From: the human T2T-CHM13v2.0 reference genome, Homo sapiens
Strand: one strand, 5' to 3'
NCBI RefSeq assembly: GCF_009914755.1
Contig: NC_060929.1
Length of the DNA: 64,000 bases
Below are positions 40,151-53,610 of the stretch, piece by piece. The notes below the pieces were generated by a model, which worked only from the letters and a program-made list of their open reading frames with translations, was not told the origin of the DNA and ran no database searches. The position numbers were made by a program, and so were the translations under genes. Position 1 is the first letter of the stretch; each line of letters begins with the position of its first letter.

Positions 40151-41587
40151 TTAAATTTTCTTTCATTATTGGGCAAATATTTTATGATTAGAAAATGATT
40201 ATTACTTATGTAAGATATTTTAATAAAATTATGCAGAAATTGTGCAGAAACACACACACACTCCTCTGTAGATCATTCCAGTTCTTGATGTAAGCAGTGT
40301 GCTAATCCCAGATGCCGATGTGTTTGACTTTCATGAAGTGTGCCGGCTCCAGTTGTTGGGCTGGGCATCTTTGCAGTTTCAGTGGTGCTGTGGGCTGCCT
40401 CTGTTTTTCTCTGTATTTCAATCATTCCTTTGAGTTCTTAGCATGCAACATTCTACGCCTCAAGTAGTGTTGGCTATTTATCAACATGCACACATTCAAT
40501 TGCTAGACAGGTTTACTGACCTAAACTACAATGGATTCTATGTAAAAAATAATATTAGCCAGCAGTTTTGATGTTGGGTTTATGTTTTTGCTCAAATGTT
40601 CAGTACTTTGCCCAAGTGCTGAGGGCAATACTACATGGGGAGCTTTTATTCAAAGTTCTCACATTGTTCTTGATCAAAACACAGTCCTTTTTCTTATAAA
40701 GGGTTTGAAAACTAAATCATTTCAGACACTGATCTCTGTGTGGATCTAAATAAACTGAAAGGAAATTAGCAATAACATATTCATTACTTTAATGATTACC
40801 ATGCAAATATAGATTATTTTATAAATACAGAGTCCACATCTTTCATGTGTGAAAAGATGATGAATCTCTGAGCATTGCAGAGGCTGCTTCCTCATAGGGG
40901 AAGAGCCACGCATTTCTGTGCCCTGCCAGTCCATGCCCAGGGTGTTGCTCATTGTCTTCGGTGCAAACGGTTCCTAGTTAGAGATTGTTAATTTCCACTC
41001 CATGGCTAATATGCAACCCTGTAGGCCATTTCATAATTCCTAAAAATACAGTTTCCGGGAGTTCAGAATTCATCCAACATACCTTACTAATAAGAAATCC
41101 TTCATTCAAGAATTGAATGTCTTGGACACAAATGGGCCTCAGTAAATAATTAGTGTACGTATGAATCCCTGGAGTCCCAGCCATTTATGTTCCTTATCAT
41201 TGGTGAACCTTTATATTGCCCAGCAACAATGAACCTTTAAGATCTGTTATTTAAAGAAGAAGAGGTACAGATTTTCAGCAATCCACACATAAGGATCTTC
41301 CGTGGTCAATGCCAACCCCTTCCTCCACTGTCTGTTTGCATAGCACAACAATGCTTGCAGATGGAAAGGGGCCCTGACCCACCAAGGAGCCCTCCAAACA
41401 GAGGGTTGACCTGTGTGAAATGGTCAATGCAATTGACAAAAGGTGGGAAAAAGATGAGAGGGGTCAAAGATATGAACCTTTCTATTCCATTGGCCCAATC
41501 TGGTATCCCATGGAAGTGAAAGATTTTCAGCACAAGATTTAGCTTCTACCAAGATCACCAGACGCAAACTTACTCATTCGTAAAAAT

Positions 41588-41680
41588 GATTCATTCATTC
41601 ACTCAAAAAACACACACTGAGTCCTTGGGTGCCAGGTGCTCCTCCAGCGGCTGCAGACCTAGCCTGAAGCAGGGCACTGC
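41588..41680 (-). mobile_element. L2 3' tail fragment
   Basis: ATTCATTCATTCACTCAAAAAACACACACTGAGTCCTTGGGTGCCAGGTGCT. Confidence 0.5.
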
Positions 41681-43353
41681 CCCTGGTTTAAGCACCTCCT
41701 TTGCCTGTTATTCTGTTTTCCCTCCACTGTCAAAGAATCTGGGGGGACTTCCTCGGCGTCCTGGACTAAGGCTTCTTATGTTTACATTTCAGCTCGGTGT
41801 CACCTACAGCAGAGTTAGTGCCACACCTCATACATAGCACCCTCAGTAAACTCAAGCCATAATTTCTGCATCGACAGGTTGGGGTGCCCATCCTGAGGTC
41901 ACCGAGGTGCACCGTCACTGACATCGCAGCACCAGGGACCCTGCAGGGTCCTTCAGCCCCCTGCTCCATCTGCCTGGTGTGGTCAGCACCTGGATCACAA
42001 ACTCTGACCTCCTCATGGTGTGTTATATGCTGTATTCTCAAGCCATGGGGGACACTCTGCATTCACTGTAGGTGCACTGATGGCTCATTCTTTTGGGTGA
42101 AAACAAATGTGTAAACAGCCCAAGAAGCCCTGGGATGGAGTGGATTGAAGACCCCTCGCAGATGTAAAATGTGTGGTTGCAGAGCAAGGCAGAGGTGAGT
42201 GGGGTGCGATGCCTCCACCGCTTGATTCTTGAGTGGGTGGCCCAGTGAGGAGTCGGGCGGGGGCCGCTCGAGCTGGGCTTGGGGCTCTCCACAGAAGCTC
42301 CTTCATGCTAATGAGTCACTTGGCTAAAATGAAGAAATGAGAAGAGGAAATAACAGTCATGCCTTCACTTTTTCTAGATAGATAATCGCTAAAAATCAGC
42401 AATAAAATAAACTTCCCATGTGTTAGATGAAGCAAATATGCTCAGAAAACAGAAAGCAGAGGCAAGGTGGCTTTGCTGGAGGGCTTTTGGCAGAGAGACT
42501 CCGCCTCCCACAGAAACTCCCCCGGCTTCCCAAGCCCAGAGTGTTCTGGGAATGGCAGGGTCATAATTTTGTTTTTAATGGTGTTTAATGGCCTTGCCTT
42601 TGATATTCATTTGCTCTTGTTCTTCATGTAAATTCAGTTTCAACTCTGTATAAATGATGATACCTCACTTATGCCATTCTGGATAACACTGGAAAATCTT
42701 TTGTGCTGTAGCAGGAGCCTACGCTATGGGGAGGCTCAGCTAGGAAACAGTGACCACAGGAAGATAGTCACCGCGTGTTAGAGGGAGTGCAGAACCCACA
42801 GTGAGTGCTCGAGTTTTGCTCTTAAGAACCATGAGAAAGTAACTTCTTCTACGGGATATTAAGTACACACATTTAGTGTCGGCATCAAATAGAAATTACC
42901 ACAAATTGGAAGCTTCTCAGGTCATTCATCCATTTTAAAGGCAAATTAAAGTTATATGACAGTAATAAAATGACAAATTTTAAAGGATCCATTAATCATG
43001 GAATATATTTCAGTGTAAAATTTATCATAATCATTTATTTGGGGTTTTCTCAATTATTCTTAATTTTTCTAATTTTAGAATATTTGGGGCACAGAGTTAC
43101 TGCTTATTAACATGAAAACTGCTGAAATGTTCAGCCCTGGGTTCCGTGACATGTATGTCACTGAATAATAGACACTGTGTGACCTGCTTCTTGATGCTGG
43201 GTAGCAGTAAGTGAGCTCTCTTAGTGGGATTCAGCAAATGGTCAGACCATCTGTTTTTAACCTATTTGTATTGACTTACTGCCGCATTCCTCATGCTATA
43301 TGTTTATTTCTTTATGAACCTGAATGTAGTCAATTCTCTCCTGTGGGTCAGAT

Positions 43354-43552
43354 AAGAGGCCGGCAAATTCTTAGTATAAAAGACCAATTAATAAATATTT
43401 TTAGTGTTGCAGCCTTCACAAGACTCTACTCTGCCTTTGTAGCCTGAAATTAGTCACGGACAGTCCATGAATGAATGGGAGTCTCCAAAGAACTTGACCT
43501 CCAAAGGCAGATGCTGGCCGGCTTTAGCTTGTGGGAACCTCACTGACCCCTG
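43354..43552. mobile_element. MER58A (hAT-Charlie) non-autonomous DNA transposon
   Basis: TIR-like ends AGAGGCCGGCAAA ... CTGACCCCTG. Internal ATAAATATTTTTAG, CTCTGCCTTTGTAGC and ATGAATGAATGGG. Confidence 0.75.
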
Positions 43553-43761
43553 TGCTGGAAGAATGTGATAATTTCCTGCCCAAGAGGAGCTTATGGTGTT
43601 GCGGGGAGGAGGGGTTGGGAGAATGAGTCCCAGGGGACCTTACAGGGGCCGGGAGAGGTCAGCCCACGGGAGTCACCAGCATGTGCAGGTACAGAGAACC
43701 AACAGGAGGACAGCCTCATGTTGAGTTTTAAAGATAAGTATTTTATTTAAAATACAATTAC

Positions 43762-44067
43762 GGCTGGGTGCGGTGGCTCACACCTGTAATCCCAGCACTT
43801 TGGGAGGCCGAGGTGGGCGGATCACGAGGTCAAGAGATCGAGACCATCCTGGCCAACATGGTGAAAGCCTGCCTTTACTAAAACACGAAAAATTAGCCAG
43901 GCATGGTGGTGCACGGCTGTGGTCCCAGCTACTTGGGAGGCTGAAGTGGGAGAATCACTTGAACCCTGGGAGGCAGAGTTGAAGTGAGCCGAGATCACGC
44001 TACTGCACTCCATCCTGGGTGACAGCGAGACTCTGTCTCAAAAAAAAAAAAAAAAAAAGGAAAAAAA
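43762..44067 (+). mobile_element. AluSc, full length with TSD
   Basis: GGATCACGAGGTCAAGAGATCGAGACCATCCTGGCCAACATG. TSD AAAATACAATTAC at 43749-43761 and 44064-44076, at a TT/AAAA site. Confidence 0.96.
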
Positions 44068-44872
44068 TACAATTACATGTTATCATTATTCCAATTTTAA
44101 TTACCAACCAGTGAAAACAAAATGAGCTAGGAAATTCACTGATGAAAATTAGACAGAAGCAGTAAACACTGGAGCTCAGCGTCTGGGGTATTTTCTGGAC
44201 ATGGATTGTCGCTACTTTCTTGCTAAGCACCAACTGAGGCTAGAATGTGTGCAGGTGCACAGCTAGGCATCAGGGAGGTAGCCATGCGCCAGGTGGACTG
44301 GGTCATCATCTTCATGGTGCTGGCCTTCTGGTAGGAGAACGGGAATGGACAGACAAGTCAGGTACCTGGGTTTCAGATTGTGCGCTGTGGGAATTTAGAG
44401 CAAGCTAGGAGGACCTGGGGCAGCAAGAACAAAATCCCCAAACCAAGTGTATCTTTTGCTGTGTCAAAGAAGAGCAGAGGCCAGGACAGCAAGAGCAGAG
44501 AGTGGGGAGGAGAGCATGGGACGTGAGACCTGGGAGGGCAAGGTGGGCCTGCGAATTGCGTGTAAATGAGATGACAGCCAAGGAAGATTTTGCACCAAGG
44601 AGGAAACGGCCCAAACCTCATCAGCTTGATAAGAGCTCACTCCAGCTGATGTGTGGAGGGCCAGCTCCAGAAGGCATGCATGGACGCAGGACAGAGGTAA
44701 GGGTCTCTTATGGTGGCCCAGGTGGCCGGCAATGGTGGCCTGACCCCAGGGTGTGAATGATGTCTCATGGGTCCATCTCAGGAGCCTGGATGTTCCCACC
44801 CCAGGGGCCCCACCTTTCAGGATGCCTGAGACTCAGCTGCTGACAACAATCACAGATTCCCTGCCTCCTCTC

Positions 44873-45349
44873 TGTGATTTGCCTACCCCTGTGTAACAAA
44901 TCAACCCAACACTGTGAAGCTGGAAAGAGCAAGTGTTCATCTCACACAGTTCCTTGGGGGCGGGGGGGGGGGGGGGCGGGGGTTGGAATCCAGAATGGCT
45001 TAGCCACCTGATTGTGGCTTGGAGCTTTTTAGGAAGTCAGAGTCACCTTCAGGCGCCCTGAAGGGTCTGCTTCCAGAGTGGCCCCTCATGCAGCTGTGGT
45101 GGGAGCCTCAGTGGCTCAGCACGTGGCCTCTCCCCAGGGCTGCTTGAGCATCCTCCTGACATGGCGGCTGGCTTCCCCAAGTAAATGACCCACACCAGGC
45201 AGAGGTCATGATGTGGTTTGTGACCTGGGCTGGCAGGGCCACACGGTCACTCTGTGCCTACTGCTGTCACACAGACCAAGTCTAATACCCTGGGGCTGCC
45301 TGAGGGCATGACCCCCAGGCAGGAGGCTGTACAGGAGGCTGTACCTCCA
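44873..45349 (-). mobile_element. MLT1F-type MaLR LTR containing an expanded poly-G tract
   Basis: CTGTGTAACAAATCAACCCAA, ATCTCACACAGTT, CTGCTTCCAG, GGGCTGCTTGAGCATCCTCCTGACATGGCGGCTGGCTTCCCC, GTCACACAGACCAA. Confidence 0.75.
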
Positions 45350-46110
45350 GAGCCACCCCGAAGGCCAACAACTGCCCTCCCCATTCTCACTGGTTGGGTC
45401 TGAGTTGAGGCCCAGAGGTCTGCATTTTAAATAAGATGCTGTTTTATTTTGATTCAGAGAACATTTGGATCTTGCTTTGAGAAACTCCAGTGTGGATGAA
45501 GACATCCCATTAAAGAATTTGAACTGGAAAGAACCAGCATGTGAGACTTGAGTATCAGGAAGAAAATCGTCCTCCCACTACCACTTCCAGCAGCAACCAT
45601 GCCACAGTTCCCACAGCCCACTCGGATGCTGCACAATTATCGTATGCCATCAGCTCAGGTCTATTTCAAATCAAGCCATCATGGGCTCCCCCAGTGGGAA
45701 AACTACTGTAGCTGTATCTTCTCTGGCTCTGGGTGTTGCAAGCAGGCCTAAGCCAGTTTAGAAGATATAGGTGCTTTGTGGTAGCTAACTATAGCTATGG
45801 AACGCTTTAGATGGGTGAGAGTCAACTCACCAATTCCCTAACCTCATAATGTAATTATATTGAAAAAACATTAGACTCAATTAGGCTACACCCGTGAAAC
45901 CTATTAAATATGCCTTATTAACAAGCAGGTGTAAAAGTTCCTATAACCTGTTCTGTAGGCTTAATGAAGTCCCAGCCACTTCCTTGAAGTGAGATGAGTC
46001 TGGACCTTGCAAACAGCAACACTTTTCAAAAGCACCGGGAACTATTAACAATGACACCAAGACACTATGTGTAACCAGAAGGTCCTGGACAGAGTAGCAA
46101 ACATACTCGC

Positions 46111-46391
46111 TGTGCTGGTGAATTGGATGGGTCAACGGGGCTCAGCGGTTGCATCAGGTACCAGCATAGATATTGCTGTAAAGGTATTTGTAGATGCCAT
46201 TAGCATTAAATCAGAAGACTCTGAGTGTAGCCAAGTACCCTCCGTAGTGTGGGTGAGCCTCTTCCAATCAGTGGAAAGCCTTAAGAGCAAAGAGTCAGGT
46301 TTTCCAGGAAGAAGCAATTCTTTTATATATATGTATATTTTTATTATACTTTAAGTTCTAGGGTACATGTGCAGCTACCTGTGTTTCCAGC
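46111..46391 (+). mobile_element. MLT2 (ERVL) LTR 5' portion
   Basis: GTAAAGGTATTTGTAGATG, AAATCAGAAGACTCTGAGT, TACCCTCCGTAGTGTGGGTGAGCCTCTTCCAATCAGTGGAAAGCCTTAAGAGCAAAGA, GAAGAAGCAATTC. Confidence 0.75.
46321..46373 (-). mobile_element. Very short L1PA 3'-terminal fragment
   Basis: TTTTTATTATACTTTAAGTTCTAGGGTACATGTGCA matches the antisense end of young L1PA elements. Confidence 0.8.
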
Positions 46392-46889
46392 TAGAACTTT
46401 CCCTCAGCAAAGCAGAGACATCGACACTTGAGCTGTTAATCAAGAAAGCTTAATTTCCCTTAGTATTTTCTTCCAATAGAATCAGTTGGTATCGAGAAAG
46501 AAACTTCTCATTTTCAGTTTGTGGGTGCTTGTTTCCAGGAAAGGTCTTTGTAAGAGAATTGGACTTAACTGTCCAAAGTATTCAGAATTCAGAAATAAAA
46601 ATTCCACACTTAAAAAGCAAAACTGACTGAAATGTGTCACCTCTTTCTGGCAACTCTGACGTGGAGAGAAATGTCAGGAGCTGCTGCTGATCTGTGGCTG
46701 CTGGGAAAGAGGAGGCTCTGAGTGAGCTCCAAAGCTTGCAGCAGCTGAGCTCCCGGCATCAGGGACCTGCAAGTATCTAGAACATGTGAATAACGGTGCA
46801 TTTCAATTACCCTATGATCACAAGACACAGATTTGTAACCCAAAGAAATCCATAAATCACAGAGGGAGGAAAAATCCTGGGGTCACGCA

Positions 46890-47106
46890 TCCTTAACTCC
46901 GCACCACGGAACCCCTGAGCCCAGCTCTGTGGCGTCTCACTGTGTGACCCTGGGCAGAGTATTTAGGCCTCTTCTCCCCCATAAATCAAGACACTTGTAC
47001 CTAATTACAGACTTGTCTTGAGGATCAAATCAAGCAACCCACATAAAACACTTAGGACAGTGTCTAGTTTGCAGCGTGTGCTCAGAGAATATCTCTTGGT
47101 ATTATT
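46890..47106 (+). mobile_element. MIR SINE
   Basis: CCCAGCTCTG...CTGTGTGACCCTGGGCAGAGT, TTGAGGATCAAAT, ATAAAACACTTAGGACAGTGTCT, GTGCTCA. Confidence 0.7.
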
Positions 47107-48644
47107 TGAAAGTCATCCAAAAACTTCAAGCCTGCATGATCAGAATAGACGCTGCACAATGACAGGACAAGTAACAAATGGATTTCAAATTTTAAAGACT
47201 CCCAAATTAAATCATGAAATTTCAGAAAACACTGACTTTTGGGTGGAAACGGATTACCGACTCGTTTGTAAAGGCCTTGTGGATCTTGTAGGATTCCTGA
47301 GCTACAACCGGAGAGATTAACTGGTGATTGTGGTCTACTCTCATTTTGCCAGTGATAAAAACCAAGAACAGAAAAAGTCCTTGGTTCCCCTGGTCTCCTA
47401 GCAAGCCAGTGGCAGAGATCGATTCCAAATGAGCCCCTAACGTTGGCTGAGGATGGTCTTCCGTCCCCACTGCTCAAACCACGGGTCCTGGTGATGTTTC
47501 TCCCCTTCATCGACTCCTTTTCTGAAGCTCTCACCCTCTCACGCTGCCCTCCCTGGGCCTTCATTTTACATGCCCTATTTCCTACTGAACGCTTACTGAA
47601 CAAGAGTGTTATTTCCCCAACAAGGGAAAAAAAAAAAGTCAGGAGGGAAGGGACCATGGCAACTACTCATTTGATATGGCCTTGACCTTTCAACACTGGT
47701 CTCTAGAGAAGAGAGAGAGCAGTAAATTGATGAGACATAAAATGTCTGCTCCAAATCTTCTCCTTTGAACAGAACACAGAGGAGCTGGCTGGTGAGCAGT
47801 AAGTTCTCATCTTTTAAGGACTCTCTGTGTTGTCAACTAGCTCCACAAGAGAAGGAAGTGACATCTGCAGGCGGAAGACCGTCTATTGGGCTGGCTTTCT
47901 CAGGCATCAGCTGTTTGCAGATGGAGGGTCTGTGTGGCTCTGTCTTCAGGCTTGTTGAGAAGTTGAAGGCTCTTCCCCAGGTGGAGATTTCGGTGGGGTG
48001 TCAGGGTCGTGGACCCCGAGGTTGAGGTAGAATGGTACCACTTGCTAAAGAAACCCGGGGGTGCTGTGGCGGCTCTGAGGAGCTAACCCATCCCATTGGC
48101 CTCCTGCTGGGGACCTGCCCCTACTCCCTGTGGCCATGTCCCAGAAGCCCTGCCTCCTCTTGCGTCTCAGAGGCTAAGTCACCCCTACCACCTTGGAAAA
48201 CAGGAAATCTCTAGCCCCCTCCTGCCTCGGCTCCCAGGGCCCTGCATTCCCGTCTTACCTGCCTCTGTGCCCACTGTTGCTTCTTCCTTTCTGTTGATGA
48301 GGCCTTTGGCAGGGAGGGGTTCCAGAGTCCTCTGTCTGGGCAGGATCTCCCCCCTTCCTACTCCACAGGGACCCCGTAACTCCTTCACCCTCCCTTCCCC
48401 TCACCCTCTGCCTTCCCTCCAGCCTTGTCCTTTGGACCAATAAACACACTGGAGCCTTTCTGTTCTTAAAAAACAAATGTCCCACAGTCCAGTCAAACCA
48501 TCCTCGGCCCTCCCTCCCTGCACAGTCAAACCCCCGGAAGAAAAACACTCATTATTTCTCTCTATTTCCTCAGCATTTCTCTCTCCACTCAACATTGTCT
48601 GGCTTCTTTTCCTGGAAATATCAGACACTGCCCTGGCCAAGGTC

Positions 48645-49437
48645 TTTGTTTTAACTTTAAGTTCCGGGATGCATGTGCAGAAGGTGCAGGTTTGTTACAT
48701 GGTTATACGTGTGCCATGGTGGTTTGCTGCACCTATTGACCCATCCTTTATGTTCCCTCCCCTTGCCTCCCACCCCCTAACAGGTCCTGGTGTGTGTTGT
48801 TCCCCTCCCTGTGTCCATGTGTTCTCATTGTTCAACTCCCACCTATGAGTGAGAACATGCTATGTTTGGTTTTCTGTTCCTGTGTTAGTTGGCTGAGAAT
48901 TCTGGCTTCTAGCTCCATCCATGTCCCTGCAAAGGACCCGATCTCATTTCTTTTTATGGCTGCATAGTATTCCATGGTGTATATGTACCACATTTTCTTT
49001 ATTCAGTCTATCATTGATGGGCATTTGGGTTGGTTCCATGTCTTTGCTATTGTAAATAGTGCTGTAATAAACATATGTGTGCATGTGTCTTTATAGTAGA
49101 ATGATTTATATTCCTTTGGGTGTATACCCAATAATGGGATTGCTAGGTCAAATGGTATTTCTGGTTCTAGAATCTTGAGGAATTGCCATCTGTCTTCCAC
49201 AATGGTTGAACTAATTTACACTCCCACCAACAGTGTAAAAGTGTTCCTATTTTTCCACAGCCTCGCCAGCATCTGTTGTTTCTTGACTTTTTAATAATTA
49301 CCATTTTGACTGGCATGAGATGCTATCTCATTGTGGTTTTGATTTGCATTTCTCTAATGATTGGTGATGTTGAGCATTTTTTCATATGTTTGTGGGCTGC
49401 ATAAGTGTCTTCTTTTGAGAAGTGTCTGCTCATATCC
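48645..49437 (-). mobile_element. L1PA8-like 3' fragment with TSD, inserted into an L2 RT remnant
   Basis: Antisense L1 3'UTR/ORF2 end; ORF 49003-49200 gives WQFLKILEPEIPFDLAIPLLGIHPKEYKSFYYKDTCTHMF, an L1 ORF2p C-terminus. TSD CCCTGGCCAAGGTCTTT (48631-48647) / CCCCGGCCAAGGTGTTT (49436-49452). The flank ACTGCCCTGGCCAAGGT reads TALAKV, as in L2 RT. Confidence 0.93.
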
Positions 49438-50244
49438 CCGGCCAAGGTGTTTGGAGAACTCCACCTACCTTAACCCACCAGGTCCTCCCAGCCTCACCTG
49501 CCATACTCACCAAGGCTGGCTGAATGCTGCTTCCTGAAACTTTCTTTTCTGTGGTCTCCAAGTCACAGCTTTTCATACTTCCTCCTTTGTCTTTCTTTCT
49601 GGAATCTTCTCCAGCCTCCTCTCCTCCCGCTATCTATAAACCTCGGTACGGCCCAGAGTTGCATTTAGGGAAACAGCTAATGCAGCTCCACAAGTGGACA
49701 GGTTCCGAGGGATGCGCTGGTGGCAGCAGGACCCTGCCTCCGGCCACGGCATGCTTCCACTGGGCCTCCCCTCCCGCACATGGGACAGCAGGTCTGAAGC
49801 CATCATGCCAAGTTCTGACCTTCTTTGTGTTATGTTTTGCTTCAATCACGTCTTAACACAAACGGGATGCGTGAAGAAAATTAGAGCCCATAAAAATCCT
49901 GACATTGAAGTATTTTTTCACTACTTTATAAGGCCTTTCAGGATTTTAGGATTATAGTTACAGTAATAGAATCTTCTGAATGATTGCATTGTCATATTTT
50001 TCACATGAAAATAAAGTTGAGCCAAATATTTTGAAACACCTAAATAATCTGGGCATTGAAAATTTTTCTTCTATAGATTATTATGTGATCCTCATTAAGT
50101 TTATTGTGAGTAATAACTATAATAAGAACTTGCTGAAGTCTTTGGAAAAGTCTTTGTATAAATGAGGAGTTGGGGGAAAATATATCATGTAGGAGCTTTA
50201 ATATTAAGGAATTAAGTTATCCCTTATATATAGGCAGGGATATT

Positions 50245-50612
<368 letters not shown>

Positions 50613-50799
50613 TCGATAGAATATCACAGAAACATCACTCTCTAATTTTCAGAATGACCTTTCATATCAACTATAAGCTGAGAAAGGAGTATTCAAATGA
50701 TTCTAACTCATAATGTTTAAATTTATAGAACAGAGCCCAATAGACACTATGCTAAACCCAGAGAACCAGTTAAAATCCTGAAAGTGGACTATTGGTGGC

Positions 50800-51346
50800 T
50801 GTTCCAGTTATCTACCTCTTTGTAACAAATTATTACACAGTTAATAGGTTAAAACAACAGCCAGCTTATTATTTTGCACAACACTAGCACCAGGAATTTG
50901 GACAGGGCTCAGCTGGACCATTCTTCTGCTCCAGGCTGTGTTAACTGAGATGACTTGGTGGTTTTCGCCTGGCAAATTACTTGGTCATAAAGTTCAAGAC
51001 AACTTCTCTCATACACTATGTATTTTGGTGGGGACAGATGGAAGGCTCGACTTGGCCAGGACTTTCATCCAGAGAGCCTACTCATGGTGTGTCTGGTCTC
51101 TGGCAAGATAGGCTCGAGCTATTTCAGTTTCTCTCATGGTGGCTCAAGAGTTCCGCAGAGTGTTTTCAGACACAGAAAGTGGAAGCTGCCAGTTTCTTAA
51201 GACTCAGGTCTGATAATTTCTGCCACATTATTTTGGTCAAAGCAGTCACTAAGGCAAGTCAATAATCAAGGAGAGAGAGGGGAATTAAATGCCACCTCCC
51301 CATGGGTAAAGACAAAAAAATCTGTGGCTATCTTGAATCCACCACA
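50800..51346 (-). mobile_element. MLT1H/G-type MaLR LTR
   Basis: TGTTCCAGTTATCTA...GTAACAAAT, CAGGAATTTGGACAGGGCTCAGCTGG, CATGGTGGCTCA, GTGGAAGCTGC, TTGGTCAAAGCAGTCAC; ends TGTGGCTATCTTGAATCCACCACA. Confidence 0.8.
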
Positions 51347-53300
51347 ATGAGCACCAGAGCTCTTTTGATATTTGGGCAACCAAGTGCAAGCCTTTTGAGG
51401 TCATGTCTATGGAGAACGCATAGGTTACGATCACTGCCTCCATAACACATGCATACATCTTCTTCCTCACCATGCTTCGTTTCGCATATGTTTTTGTGCA
51501 TTTGGTTTCCTCTCTAAAAACAAAATGCCTTTACATTGCATAATTAGGTAATTATACTCTCTCTCCCGAGGTAAGTTATTTGGAAAGCCTTCTGCCTTGG
51601 AAGAAGTACTTCTCCTTGGAACTCATGTTAAATTTCTACCTCAGTGAATTTAAGACCACCCACTCCTGTGAGTACATACCTACATATACATTTTTTTCAT
51701 ATATTAAGCAAAGCAAGGCAAAAATGCCTCCCAAGTCTACCTGAAATGAAGCATACAGTCCCACCTGCAGTTAAGGTATGTATCTTGGCCAATGCATCCT
51801 TCAGCCCTGGTTGTATTTGCATTCTGTAGATCAGGAAATTGCTGGAAGTAGTAGGTTTGGACTTGCATGGGCTGGCTTGTCTCAAACTGATATGCAGGGA
51901 GGAGCTCTCTTTCTCTCTTAAGCAATTGTGACTGCTTCATAAATTAGTTTTGTTAGTTTCTTTAGGACTCTCCTAGATAATTAATTTCATCGTCTTTTTT
52001 TCCTGCTCATTTTGCTTATCTCACATCACTGGTAGATATTCATCTCCCTGTAACTATATTACCAGACTGTAATTAAACTGTGCAACCGAATTCTGACTAT
52101 CTTCTGATTCCTCCAACATATTATTCTTTAGAGAGGCTGCCCTCGGGATCCCTTGAAGGAATATGCTGGCTCCACAGTTATCCTGACTATGCAAACTCCT
52201 CCATGTGAGGTTAGCTTTACCCATCAGAACTGGCTCTCTTATTTGTCTTCCAAAACTAATTTTATTATCCAGCACCAGCAGTCCAACACACAGTTGTGGA
52301 GTCCAAGGAAACATGTATTCTTTCCAGGCGGCAGTTGTTATGGACACAAAGAGTCTGAATTTTCCCTCTGTATGGGTCCATCTTTTCATACACAAGGCCT
52401 CTCAAATGTCCCTAGATGCCCAGGAATTATAACTCAAGTCCACAAAAAAACTAACATTCACCCTTCAGAAGGGCGGATGCTGGAGAAAAAAAGGTCTAGC
52501 AAGTCCCAGATATGCTGTGGGAGGCAGGTCTCCCGTGGAGTTACAACCATGCTGTCGAGTCTCCTCTCTGCCAGGGAGAGAAGGCTGTGACCTCCAGGGC
52601 ATGCGGCATCTGCAAAACCTGAGAACCAGGTACACTCCCAGGTATGTCTCTTGCATTTGAGAGCAAGGCTCCTCCCTCTGCACCCCAAACAGTCTGAGGG
52701 TGCCCCCCTAGAGTGCCTGTCATTATCCAAAGGGTTACCCACTGTCCCTCCAAAAGGCAACCACTAACTTTAATTCATTATGATTTGAAAGTACATGCCA
52801 TGTGGATTTTGGCGGTTGGAACTGTCGTGATATTAAGTACGGATAAGTTATTGCAAACCTAGACAAGATGTAAGTCTTCCTAAATATGGAAACTCTGGCC
52901 TGCAGCCGTAGGAGTGGGCCACAGAGCGTGATCCTAATGATGACTGTCAATTGCCACATTTCAGGATTCGGGACAGGCTTGCCCGGGGCACATGTGATGT
53001 TCTCTCCATTTCCCTCCCAGCCTTAGTTTTAAATATGGAAAATGTAGCATTTCTCTCTATGTTTCTAGCACATTGATGTTCCTAACTCAAAATATGTCAA
53101 GACACCCCTGAAAAGTTTTGGGGATTCAATTTCTTCCTCTCCAAGACAGAGAATCCCCATTTTACTTGCATGTTACTGTGAGCACCTTCAGTTATTCTCG
53201 TGTGATTTTCAACGCTTCTTTCTTTATAATACAGTGAAATTATTTTAATACAATAAAGCAATTCTAAATGCTTGTCAAATATTTATAAAAGTCAATTTAT

Positions 53301-53610
<310 letters not shown>

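Noticed and set aside
49003-49200. ORF with real protein similarity (EIPFDLAIPLLGI)
   Set aside because: It is the C-terminal remnant of L1 ORF2p in a truncated L1PA copy, not a host gene.
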